Source: Verrucomicrobiota bacterium | GTDB taxonomy: Bacteria; Verrucomicrobiota; Verrucomicrobiia; Limisphaerales; UBA11358 | Reading direction: 5' to 3' | DNA: 64,000 bases | Assembly (NCBI GenBank): GCA_049523455.1 | Contig: JBEKMW010000009.1 | Coordinates: 6,758-70,757, forward strand | Part shown: positions 9,488-18,341 of the stretch, piece after piece | Layout: each line of letters starts with the position of its first letter | How positions within the stretch are numbered: position 1 is the first letter of the stretch | Notes under the pieces: generated by a model | Told to the model about the DNA's origin: nothing | Seen by the model: the letters and a program-made list of their open reading frames with translations, nothing else | Database searches by the model: none | Made by a program: the position numbers and the translations under genes

Positions 9488-9616
9488 TTAAGTGGATTGT
9501 GTTGATGGGTTATAATCGTGATTGTGGTCATCTGTATTGTTCCTTCCGCCAAACAAATATGTTAGAATAAGGAGAAACACTACGACGATTACGGTTGCGA
9601 TAATGCTACACTTCAT
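9488..9616 (-). CDS. 42-aa single-TM mini-protein
   Basis: Hand-translated: MKCSIIATVIVVVFLLILTYLFGGRNNTDDHNHDYNPSTQST. Sits 13 nt after the PspA-like gene and 42 nt before the secreted-protein gene. Confidence 0.45.
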   Translation of the reverse strand: MKCSIIATVIVVVFLLILTYLFGGRNNTDDHNHDYNPSTQST

Positions 9617-9629
9617 AATGGTTGATTAG

Positions 9630-10316
9630 TTAATAGTTATGTGGGCGTAAGTAACTATTGCGCCGAGACGTTTTAAGGGGCACAGGACCTGCGTCAATTG
9701 TGATGGGTTCTTCCAAATCCAATTGTGGCATGGACACGGAACACGCCGAAGACGTTTGTGCAATTGCTTTTGGAGCAGCAGGAGCGGCAACAACAGTGGC
9801 AGATGTAGGTGCTTCATCCAACAGTGCGGTATCCAATTCTGCAAAGGCCAGATTAAGACCATCTTGAACCGTGGTGAGGGCAGTATCCTGCATCAGTTGT
9901 GATTCAAAAGCTTCACCTACATTGGCGAGCGTGTTAGCCTGTGCCATTGTTTGTGCAATCTTCCAATCGGAACGCGTCTCGTCAATGATAGCGCTAAAGT
10001 CCTGCAACTTCACCTTGGATGCTTTGTATTTCTCGCCACGCAGTTCTACCAACGCCTTCAACTTGTTATACTTATCAAGCCATTGAGAAGGCTTGCCAGG
10101 ATAAGTGGCATCGTGCTCTTTGATTTGGTTGTATAGGTCTTGAAGGATGGCATATGTGGCATTAATATTTTCACGGGATGCGGCGAGTGCATTCATCTTG
10201 TCACGATAAATCATTTCGAGATTTTCAATGGGGTTCGCAGCAGCGACAGCCTTGAGTGCCTTGAGACGCCAATTGCCAACGAGACGAGCGAATGCGGGAA
10301 TGAGGTTGATGACCAC
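9630..10316 (-). CDS. PspA/IM30-like coiled-coil protein (tentative)
   Basis: GTG start. The N-terminal amphipathic segment VINLIPAFARLVGNWRLKALKAVAAANPIENLEMIYRDKMNAL parallels the PspA N-terminus ([34 protein letters not shown]). Helical repeats continue to about residue 165. Confidence 0.55.
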   Translation of the reverse strand: MVINLIPAFARLVGNWRLKALKAVAAANPIENLEMIYRDKMNALAASRENINATYAILQDLYNQIKEHDATYPGKPSQWLDKYNKLKALVELRGEKYKASKVKLQDFSAIIDETRSDWKIAQTMAQANTLANVGEAFESQLMQDTALTTVQDGLNLAFAELDTALLDEAPTSATVVAAPAAPKAIAQTSSACSVSMPQLDLEEPITIDAGPVPLKTSRRNSYLRPHNY

Positions 10317-10423
10317 GAATGCTACGGCCGAGAAAACGCCGAAAAAGGTGTCAACCCATAGAATGGTTCATTTTTCACGCGGATTGGTTTTGTTGCATCC
10401 ATTCGTGCAGCCGAGCATTTGCG

Positions 10424-10560
10424 CTCTTCCGACCTGCCTAAACCCACACGAGCCGTAATCGCTTTGAGCCAAAGCGTCGTCTCCCGGCGCAACCGCGCCG
10501 CCATCGTCAGCTTGTCCCGCCTGTTTTTCCGCTCTTCATCCACGTTCATCTGCGTCCATC
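10424..10560 (-). pseudogene. C-terminal remnant of a second RAYT-type transposase
   Basis: ...DKLTMAARLRRETTLWLKAITARVGLG parallels QKVAMARRLRRETTVTVAWIAERLRMG of the intact RAYT at 1841-2785. No catalytic domain. Confidence 0.6.
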
Positions 10561-10703
10561 CGCGGTTTACATTCTGCTCTTGCTTGTCATCCGTGTCCCT
10601 TCGTGTTGACCCCTGGCAAAAGCCCATTTTTGTGCCTCTTGTGCCTTGTTGCGGCTGATCCCGCCGTGGTTCAACATTTGGTTGCGCCCTTGCCACGCCG
10701 GGT

Positions 10704-11033
10704 TCATTCGTGGCTGGTAACATATAGGCTCATTTGTGCCGCCCGCGGGCCGTTCAAAACATTCGCGGCCTGCAATGCGCCGTGTTCTGTGAAAACACGG
10801 ACGCTCTTGAAAAACCTGAGGTTCTGCAAGGATGTCACAGTTTGTGATATGCTCAAAATCTCATCCCGGGCGAGGGTAAAGCTGAATTCCGTCGGAAAAC
10901 GGTCAAGGTTGCGCTTCACCGCTTGGTTCAAGGCGCGCGTTTCGACGCCATAAAGCCGGGCAAGATCAACATCCAGCAAGACACGCTGATCACGAACTGT
11001 GAGGATGCGAAGTTTGGGAATTAGGGATTTCAT
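10704..11033 (-). CDS. ORF6N (KilA-N-like) DNA-binding domain protein
   Basis: VRDQRVLLDVDLARLYGVETRALNQAVKRNLDRFPTEFSFTL...FTEHGALQAANVLNGPRA is the characteristic ORF6N signature. Confidence 0.85.
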   Translation of the reverse strand: MKSLIPKLRILTVRDQRVLLDVDLARLYGVETRALNQAVKRNLDRFPTEFSFTLARDEILSISQTVTSLQNLRFFKSVRVFTEHGALQAANVLNGPRAAQMSLYVTSHE

Positions 11034-11254
11034 GACACTTTGATTTCGTAAGGCGTCTACCGCACGATCATGCCGATGCTATGCCTGCCCCGCTCCTCCC
11101 GCAACTGCTTTTTGCAGAAGGACGATTCCATTTCAGCCATCCGCGGTTCAAATGACGGGCCTTTGCTCATTTTCGAGCCGTCCCAAAGCCGTCCCAAAGC
11201 CGTCCCAAGCCGTACCAGACGCGCTGCCTGGATTTATCCCTCTCATGAACCGGG

Positions 11255-11289
<35 letters not shown>

Positions 11290-11462
11290 CAATGAAAGAG
11301 CAGGATTCCGGTCGTCCCCAGGAACTCCCGTCAGGTTCAGGGGTTCAATGCGCGATGTTATCGGGGAAATCTCTCCCCGCCCAACGGGGAGAGGTTCTTT
11401 CCGAATTGAGTGCAAAGTCGAAATTTCTTTCCGTCGCCGCGCCTTTGCGGGAAATTCCTCGC

Positions 11463-12251
11463 GTGGAACGGCTGGGTAAAAACCATGGAGGCTATCGCGG
11501 CGAGACCATTGACATCCGCGCCGTGCTGCGCGACATCACAGACGCCGCGCAAACGCACGGCTGGACGGCGGAAATTTTCCACTGCACCAGAGAATTCGAC
11601 CTGGCCGCGCTCCATCGCCACCCGACGACGGGCCATCCGCCGCCGCCGGCCCGCATTTATATTTCAACCGGCATCCACGGTGATGAACCGGCCGGCCCCC
11701 TTGCCGCCTTGCGGTTGCTGCACGACAACCGCTGGCCCGACAACGCGGAATTGTGGCTCTGTCCCTGCCTGAACCCCGCCGGCTTCACCCGGAACACCCG
11801 CGAAAATGCCGAAGGCATTGACCTCAACCGCGGCTATCGCAACCCCGTGACGCCGGAAATTCTGGCGCACATTGCCTGGTTGCAACGGCAGCCGGCCTTC
11901 GACCTCTACCTCCTGCTCCACGAGGACTGGGAGACGCACGGCTTTTATCTCTACGAACAGAATCCCGACGGCCGTCCGTCATTGGCGGAAAAAATGATTG
12001 AGGGCATTGAAAAGGTCTGTCCCATTGAGCAGTCCGAAATGATTGAAGGGCGTGAAGCCAAAGGCGGCATCATCCGCCCGAACCTCGACCCCCGCGCGCG
12101 CCCGCAATGGGCTGAGGCGTTTTATCTGATCATGCGCAAGTCCCGCCTGGGTTACACCCTGGAAGCTCCGTCTGATTTCCCTCTGTCCGTCCGCGTGAAT
12201 GCCCTCGTCACCGCCGTCCACGCCGCCTTGAAAAACTTTCGCTCCCTTTGA
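11463..12251 (+). CDS. M14-family zinc carboxypeptidase / MpaA-AstE-like amidase
   Basis: STGIHGDEPAG, CLNPAGF, GIDLNRGY, LLHEDWE. Start uncertain: the ORF is open from 11070, but 11070-11460 is repeat DNA, so GTG 11463 was chosen. Confidence 0.75.
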   Translation: MERLGKNHGGYRGETIDIRAVLRDITDAAQTHGWTAEIFHCTREFDLAALHRHPTTGHPPPPARIYISTGIHGDEPAGPLAALRLLHDNRWPDNAELWLCPCLNPAGFTRNTRENAEGIDLNRGYRNPVTPEILAHIAWLQRQPAFDLYLLLHEDWETHGFYLYEQNPDGRPSLAEKMIEGIEKVCPIEQSEMIEGREAKGGIIRPNLDPRARPQWAEAFYLIMRKSRLGYTLEAPSDFPLSVRVNALVTAVHAALKNFRSL

Positions 12252-12268
12252 ACCCGAAAAGCAAAGTT

Positions 12269-12412
12269 GGGGAGCACGCCCGCCCCGGGCGTTGCTGCAT
12301 ATGCCTCGTATCCAGCCGTGGGCACGTAGAGTATCGCCGGTAGGAAATTTTCTGTACCTCCGAGGTTTTCCGCGAGGCGCGGAGAACGGCGTCCGAGGCG
12401 GGCGCGCTCCCC
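12269..12412. repeat. 144-bp intergenic element with 16-bp terminal inverted repeats
   Basis: GGGGAGCACGCCCGCC (12269-12284) against GGCGGGCGCGCTCCCC (12397-12412), 1 mismatch. The left arm recurs inside purL at 45359-45381. Confidence 0.8.
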
Positions 12413-12699
12413 ATGCTAACTTCAGTTTTGGGGTTGAACGTTCGGCGTTCGAGGTTCAATGTTTTCGTCTTCCTGCTGCCGGTTTAACTTCGACGAAAAT
12501 ATAACTTGAACGCGTAACGACGGGGTGCTTCACTCGGAAAGCAGGTGCCGGGACAATTTAAGGCGAATGTGCTAATGCACTTTTGGCGGGCCGGGGTGCA
12601 CGTGCGGCAGCTTGTTGTTCCCTCAAGGCCTTCAGGGCCGGGAAGGGCACTGGTCTCGAAGGGGGGGATGGTTTTCAATTCAGGCCGGACGCACACTTT

Positions 12700-13017
12700 A
12701 TGAAAACATCACTCATACTCGTTTTGGCGTTCGTCTTTGTCGGCTGCGAGAGTTCGCGGCAGAGCGCGTCGCTGACCGCAGACCAAGCCGAGACACTCGC
12801 CATGAGGTTAGCCAACGACAATGCAGCCACGCTTTATCATTCCCGGCCTTTTGTAGCAGGCCAGCCTGCACAGATTGTGGCAGGTCATTGGCTTTGGGTC
12901 GTACAGCAGGGATTCGGGCTCGGTGACATCCAGGCGACCGTTGAGGTTGCGATGGACGGTTCGACCAACCACGTTGATCTACAGATATTCACCAGCCAAA
13001 ACCCAGTTGGCCCATGA
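12700..13017 (+). CDS. Small lipoprotein, hypothetical
   Basis: MKTSLILVLAFVFVGC lipobox. 105 aa. Confidence 0.7.
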   Translation: MKTSLILVLAFVFVGCESSRQSASLTADQAETLAMRLANDNAATLYHSRPFVAGQPAQIVAGHWLWVVQQGFGLGDIQATVEVAMDGSTNHVDLQIFTSQNPVGP

Positions 13018-13187
13018 TTGCCAGTTGACCGAGGACCTTAGATATATCTATGACGCCAACGAGGCGGCGGAGCCGACGCCCACTGTGATGGCAGTTGCCA
13101 GAATTATATTTGTCATTTTGTTCCTTTCTCCTTTTGGCTGCGTCCCTCTTGGGCGCGGCTCAGTTGGCCGTTAGGCCACTCAACACT

Positions 13188-13556
13188 ATGCACATTATGA
13201 AAACAAGATTAGCATTATTCGGACTTGTCAGCGCAGTCGCACTGACCGGCATCGCAGGTTGTAGCCGTTCAGACACGGTTGCAGAGGGCGTCATTTGCGA
13301 TGCGGAGTATCAAAATCCAGGCGGAGGCACAGAAGGATTCACACGCTTAAATAATGCGAAAGCAGTTCCCGGCGGCAACGGCTCTTGGAATATTGACGCT
13401 TATGGTCGGCTGACGCCGGAGTTTCTTGTCATTACGAGACCGCAGCGTCCAGACTTGGGTCAGCAGGTGATTCCGGTATCGCGGCTGGTGAGCGTCCAGT
13501 TCGGTGACGGCGGTATTAAGGAAGTCAATGAGGGACAGCCAAGCCTGTCGAAGTGA
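13188..13556 (+). CDS. Small lipoprotein, hypothetical
   Basis: MHIMKTRLALFGLVSAVALTGIAGC lipobox. An alternative start lies at 13197. Confidence 0.7.
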   Translation: MHIMKTRLALFGLVSAVALTGIAGCSRSDTVAEGVICDAEYQNPGGGTEGFTRLNNAKAVPGGNGSWNIDAYGRLTPEFLVITRPQRPDLGQQVIPVSRLVSVQFGDGGIKEVNEGQPSLSK

Positions 13557-13586
13557 TTTGCAGGACGAGTGGAGTATCAACGCGCC

Positions 13587-13750
13587 GGAACCGACGGCCA
13601 CTGGCCCTTCCGCCTTCGCTCCTGCCATCGTTTCGCTTCGACGCGGCAAGGCGCTACGGCGGGACACGTGAGATTTGGGTTGAGCGATGAAGATTGGATG
13701 TCATAATTGCACTCGGAGCCTGGCCGCCGGTGGCCGCGGGTCGGCGTTGA
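13587..13750. repeat. Composite repeat, copy 1 (related to 16783-16910)
   Basis: Shared blocks: GGAACCGACGGCCACTG(G/C)CCCTTCCGCC and GAGATTTGGGTTGAGCGATGAA(G/A)ATTGGATGTCATAATTGCA(C/T)TCGGAGC.TGG.CGCCGGTGGCCGCGG. Confidence 0.85.
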
Positions 13751-13764
13751 AAAGTTAACCTACT

Positions 13765-14049
13765 ATGCGCTTCCTTGCGATATTGGTACTGCTGCTGATT
13801 GGTGGTTGTGTGTATTTAGTTGAACAACGGCCTCATTTTAGCGGTTCCTCTCCGATAGCTATAGATGTGACGGTATTCGGTTATGTTACTGGCACAAACG
13901 AATACAGAGCTAGTATAACAGATCGTGCCGCGTGTGACGCTGTCTTGCAGGAATGTCGTCAGGCCAACTGGGTCTTTGGGAGCGAAAAGGAGATGGGCAC
14001 ATTTGCAATTCGATACGATAATGGCAAGATGGATGATGTGCCTGTCTAG
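13765..14049 (+). CDS. Small lipoprotein, hypothetical (lower GC)
   Basis: MRFLAILVLLLIGGC lipobox. 94 aa. Confidence 0.6.
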   Translation: MRFLAILVLLLIGGCVYLVEQRPHFSGSSPIAIDVTVFGYVTGTNEYRASITDRAACDAVLQECRQANWVFGSEKEMGTFAIRYDNGKMDDVPV

Positions 14050-14287
14050 CATGGTTTCCCGAATGGATATTACAGTATTATACGTCCAGGCGGGACGTAC
14101 CGGATGCCTATCGAGCGCTTTCGAGATGTATTGAAAAATGCCATCGCCTGCCGGCTTGCGCTGGATCAACCCGCGCACCAATCCGCCGCAGCGCTTCTTT
14201 CGCGTGAAATGTCCTTGCATGGGCAAACTGCACGGAAGTGCCACTATACGGATAACTTTAAAAAATATAAACCTGACAAGGAAAACC

Positions 14288-15634
14288 ATGAACATTAAAA
14301 ACGTGATTCACATCTGTCTGCTTGGTTGCACGATGCTGCAAGCGGACACCAGCGGAGCACAACCTGTGACGAAGGTTTCCGCTGGAGAATATTACACTCT
14401 ATTGCTCAAGGGCGATGGCAGCCTGTGGGCCGTGGGCGATAACTATTATGGCGAGTTGGGCGACGGCACTTACGGCTCTGCCCCTGACTATGGAACCAAC
14501 TACCCCGAGCAGATTGTGGCTACCAACGTCACGGCCATCGCCGCAGGAGAAGGCGACAGCAGCATGTTCCTCAAGAACGATGGTAGCTTGTGGGCAATGG
14601 GTTACAACGGTTATGGCGAGTTGGGCGACGGAACCGACAACACCACGGATAGTCCCGAATTGATTTTGGCCACCAACGTCACCGCTATTGCCTTGGGAGA
14701 AAATCACACCCTGTTGCTCAAGAGCGACGGCAGCCTGTGGGCCATGGGCGAGGACAATTATGGCCAGTTGGGCAACGGCGCTTATACGTTCCCCTACCCA
14801 GACCGGCCCCTTCAGATTTTGGCCAGCAACGTCACGGCCATCGCCGCCGGAATGTGGCACAGCCTGTTGCTCAAGAGCGACAGCAGCGTGTGGGCCATGG
14901 GTTTCAACGGTGACGGGCAGTTGGGCGATGGCACTTACAACAAAATCAACCACCCCGAGCTGATTGCCAGCAACGTCACCGCCATTGCCGCTGGAGGAAG
15001 CCACAGCCTGTTGCTCAAGAGCGACGGCAGTTTGTGGGGCATGGGTTACAACAATTATGGCCAGTTAGGCGACGGCACTTACAACACTGCCAACCACCCC
15101 GAACAAATAGTGCCTAGCGGGGTAACCGCCATTGCTGGGGGCGGCGAACACAGCCTGTTTCTCAAGAATGATGGCAGTTTATGGGCCATGGGCTGGAATG
15201 GATATGGTCAGTTGGGCGACGGCACTTACAATAATACCAACCGCCCCGAGCAGATTGCGGCCGGCGACGTCACTGCCATTGCCGCAGGATGGGACCACAG
15301 CTTGTTTCTGAAGAGCAACGGCAGTCTCTGGGCCATGGGCGACAACGGAAGTGGCGAACTGGGCGATGGCACTTACAATACTACCAACCGCCCCGAGCAG
15401 ATTCTGGCGGCTTTCAATCAAATCTCCGGCCAGCTTTTGGGCGGCACCAATATGCAATTCTCCTTTGTGGGCATCGCCGGGGCGAATTATGTGCTGGAGC
15501 GTTCCAGTAACCTGTCATCACCCGACTGGATTCCGCAAGCGACCAATCCCGCCAGTTCGTTCGGGGCACTGGTGTTCACCAACCCGCCGGACCTCACCAC
15601 GAACAATTTCTGGCGCATCCGTTCCGTGCCATGA
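14288..15634 (+). CDS. RCC1/BLIP-II beta-propeller repeat lipoprotein
   Basis: MNIKNVIHICLLGC lipobox, then about 8 repeats of the form HSLLLKSDGSLWAMGxNxYGQLGDGT. The ORF is open from 14138, but ATG 14288 gives the signal peptide. Confidence 0.9.
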   Translation: MNIKNVIHICLLGCTMLQADTSGAQPVTKVSAGEYYTLLLKGDGSLWAVGDNYYGELGDGTYGSAPDYGTNYPEQIVATNVTAIAAGEGDSSMFLKNDGSLWAMGYNGYGELGDGTDNTTDSPELILATNVTAIALGENHTLLLKSDGSLWAMGEDNYGQLGNGAYTFPYPDRPLQILASNVTAIAAGMWHSLLLKSDSSVWAMGFNGDGQLGDGTYNKINHPELIASNVTAIAAGGSHSLLLKSDGSLWGMGYNNYGQLGDGTYNTANHPEQIVPSGVTAIAGGGEHSLFLKNDGSLWAMGWNGYGQLGDGTYNNTNRPEQIAAGDVTAIAAGWDHSLFLKSNGSLWAMGDNGSGELGDGTYNTTNRPEQILAAFNQISGQLLGGTNMQFSFVGIAGANYVLERSSNLSSPDWIPQATNPASSFGALVFTNPPDLTTNNFWRIRSVP

Positions 15635-16465
15635 TCTTTCCACACGCAAACAATCTAAGAAAATCAATTTATACGTCTGGATTATGGCAAAAACCGGTGG
15701 TTTCAGACCCAAACCTTTCATCTGCACGGCGTCACCTTCCCAACCTGTTGCCGCGAGCAGTTCGGAGAAAACCGATTTACCTTGTGGGTTACGATGGAGT
15801 TCGAGTGATTGATGGCGATTTGGAGTCATTGAGGAATGGAAATGACAAGTGTTCAGATTTGTATGAGGCAGCCCAGCGGGTCGTCACAGAGTTGCGCCTG
15901 ATTACACAAGAGCAGCAAGGTGAGAGACGATGACCATGTGGGCTAACACCTATTAAGCCCGGACTGTCAACAGGGAAAAAGAAATTATGACGGAAAGATG
16001 TTTCCTTCCGTTTAGCAACCAACCAACGAGGCGCTTCCGCCTCCGCCCAGAGGCTACGGCGGACAGGCCCGCCTTCGCCAAGGCTAGGGCGAGGCAGGCC
16101 GACTTAATTTCAGTTCGTAGTTGCGGACGCGGCGCGTCTGACTAAACATCCGCCTTCGCTCGGAGCTACGGCGGGACAGGCCTATACGGACTCGATCGAG
16201 TGGGTCTAAGCGCTCCCTGATCCCTTGCACTCGTTGACCCGCTTTCCAGGGACGCGATCCAACGCCGCGTCCCGGTCCAGAAACACTGTGCAGTTCACCC
16301 ATCCGCTATCCATTCAACGCGAAGACGGCTGCCCCGATCGCATCGGGGCTCCAGTGTTTTGCGGACGTGCGGTTGGGGCGGAATCGCCAAATTATTTTTT
16401 GCTGGCTGGTGATGTAGTTCGCACGGTAAAACGAGCCGGGGCGGCAGCGAGCGTTCCACACCAAA

Positions 16466-16819
16466 ATGTCCGACAACAAACAACAAGCAGAAGTTCCAGT
16501 TGCGTTGCTTTCGAAAGCCTTGGTCGATTTGCGCGAGGCTCGCAGCAGCCAGCGCGCGACTCGTGAGGCTGTGATTTGGTATTTCAAATTCGGCATCACT
16601 GGCGGTTTCACAGTTGGTTCACTGATGCACTGGTTGTTCCTTTGGCCAGATTCGAAGCAGTCGGTGTTTTCACAGGTTGGCTACTCAGCCAAGGAGATCA
16701 GCGAGTTTATGGAGATTCTCAAAGAGAAACATTCTGCCCAAGAGTTAGGTTTGCAAGACGACCAAATGCCGCCTAACACGCTGGAACCGACGGCCACTGC
16801 CCCTTCCGCCGTCGCTTAG
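16466..16819 (+). CDS. Hypothetical protein with one TM segment
   Basis: 117 aa. The last 12 or so codons (LEPTATAPSAVA) are encoded by the composite repeat, so the C-terminus is repeat-derived. Confidence 0.4.
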   Translation: MSDNKQQAEVPVALLSKALVDLREARSSQRATREAVIWYFKFGITGGFTVGSLMHWLFLWPDSKQSVFSQVGYSAKEISEFMEILKEKHSAQELGLQDDQMPPNTLEPTATAPSAVA

Positions 16820-17000
16820 AAGCTATGGCGGGACTAGTGAGATTTGGGTTGAGCGATGAAAATTGGATGTCATAATTGCATTCGGAGCGTGGTCGCCGGT
16901 GGCCGCGGCTCAGCTCATCGTCGGCGCGGCGGGGGATTTCCTTCGGCCCACCGCCCCGCCGGTGAACAACTTCGGATAACCTATATTGGAACGTTGGGCA
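16783..17000. repeat. Composite repeat, copy 2 (16783-16910 relates to 13587-13750; 16918-17000 is the inverse of 1695-1776)
   Basis: Direct comparison of the three loci. See the finding on this repeat. Confidence 0.85.
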
Positions 17001-17046
17001 CCACCGGCTGCCGAGAATTGACATCCAGACAATCAGAACGATTGTC

Positions 17047-17298
17047 ATGACGTCTATGAGCACACATCAATTATGGTTTCAAGACGCACTCGTCACAATC
17101 CGGGTGTCCACGTCGGATGGCCAAGATGGCATTTCAATCCTTGAGCATCTTGTGCCGTATGGCTTTTCACCGCCCTTACATCTTCATCGCACCGAAGATG
17201 AGGTCTTCCACGTCTTGGAGGGCGAATTTCGCGTGAGGATCCAGGACCAAGAGCAGCGACTCGGCGCTGGGGATGTTCTGCTCACACCAGAAAGGTAA
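17047..17298 (+). CDS. Cupin domain protein, N-terminal half of a probable bicupin (ends at an in-frame TAA)
   Basis: PPLHLHRTEDEVFHVLEGEF...GAGDVLLTP is a cupin motif 1/2 region. Stop at 17296-17298. Confidence 0.6.
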   Translation: MTSMSTHQLWFQDALVTIRVSTSDGQDGISILEHLVPYGFSPPLHLHRTEDEVFHVLEGEFRVRIQDQEQRLGAGDVLLTPER

Positions 17299-17304
17299 GA
17301 AAAC

Positions 17305-17787
17305 ATGCCTACACATACGACTAGAGTGAATCCTTCGGAAGAGGCCATCAAGATGGGCGCGACAGGGATAGGGATACGGTTTCTCCTGACGCGGGAGGAC
17401 ACCAACGGCAGCATGTCCGTGTTCGAGGTTCGCGTCCCCGCCGGGCAGAAGATACCGGCACCGGCCCACAAGAACGACGCCTACGAGGAGGTCCTCTACG
17501 GCATCAAGGGCGTTCTGACCTGGACGGTCGATGGCGCACCCATCGAGGTTGGTCCCGGACAGGCGCTGTGCATCCCCCGGGGCGCGGTGCACCGGTTCGA
17601 TAACTTCGGCAGCGAGGATGTGAAACAACTCTGCCTCATCAGCCCGGCGGTCATGGGTCCTGCCTATTTCCGCGAAGCGGCCGAAGTAATCGGCGCTGCC
17701 GCCAGCGGCCCGCCCGACCGGGCGAAGATGAGCGAGATCTTCCGGCGTCATGGCATGACGATCGTCGCGCTCCCGCCCGCGAAATAG
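17305..17787 (+). CDS. Cupin domain protein, second half, in the same reading frame as 17047-17298
   Basis: PAPAHKNDAYEEVLYGIKG...GPGQALCIPRGAVHRFDN. Confidence 0.7.
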   Translation: MPTHTTRVNPSEEAIKMGATGIGIRFLLTREDTNGSMSVFEVRVPAGQKIPAPAHKNDAYEEVLYGIKGVLTWTVDGAPIEVGPGQALCIPRGAVHRFDNFGSEDVKQLCLISPAVMGPAYFREAAEVIGAAASGPPDRAKMSEIFRRHGMTIVALPPAK

Positions 17788-17816
17788 CGAGTGTTGGTAT
17801 CCGACATTAAGTTATC

Positions 17817-18263
17817 CTACCTTGTCCAGGCCGGGTCGCGCCGTTTCATCCATTCGCTCCCCATGCTCGTCAGCGTCTTGGCCTTCAACACCTCTTCGGC
17901 CAGCGGAAACACAATGCGTTCTTCCTTGTCGAAGTGCTCGCGCGAGCGCAACACGGCCTTTAAAAGCAGTTCGCGCGCTTGTTTCGGGCCGCGGGCCTTC
18001 TGGATCTCGGCCAGTTGCGCGTCAATTTCCTCGTGTTCCTCGTGAAAGGTCTCGCTCTGCCCGATTTGCTCCAGGCAATGTTCCAGCGGTTTCACCAGCA
18101 GGTCATCCTCGGTGTTGGCGTGCGGACGCATCAGCGCGTCCAACCCCGCGGCCAGCGCCTTGATTTCCGCCAGGCTCTTGAGCCGCGGCACGGTCTTCTC
18201 CAGGTGGTCGAATAAATTGTGGAATACCACGTGCTCGGCCACCAAAATTTCTGTAATTTTCAT
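17817..18263 (-). CDS. Hemerythrin-like (HHE cation-binding) domain protein
   Basis: ILVAEHVVFHNLF...HEEHEEID...REHFDKEERIVFP spacing of His/Glu ligands. Confidence 0.8.
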   Translation of the reverse strand: MKITEILVAEHVVFHNLFDHLEKTVPRLKSLAEIKALAAGLDALMRPHANTEDDLLVKPLEHCLEQIGQSETFHEEHEEIDAQLAEIQKARGPKQARELLLKAVLRSREHFDKEERIVFPLAEEVLKAKTLTSMGSEWMKRRDPAWTR

Positions 18264-18341
18264 GGTCAGGAACTTTGCTTCGTCTGCCCGCTACCATCTC
18301 CCCTTTGCCCCCCGCCAACCAACCCTTTCTTGGCTTTTGCT

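Larger units (their letters stand above)
8227..10330. mobile_element. Low-GC island (three-gene cassette) bounded by transposase remnants
   Basis: Hand counts: line 8401-8460 has 22/60 G+C and line 9901-9960 has 28/60, compared with 34/60 in gcvP line 18361-18420. IS66 fragment on the left, RAYT fragment and ORF6N gene on the right. Confidence 0.6.

Noticed and set aside
15631-15933. 100-aa ORF after the RCC1 gene
   Set aside because: There are no motifs, it has an atypical composition, and it overlaps competing ORFs in other frames. It is left unannotated.
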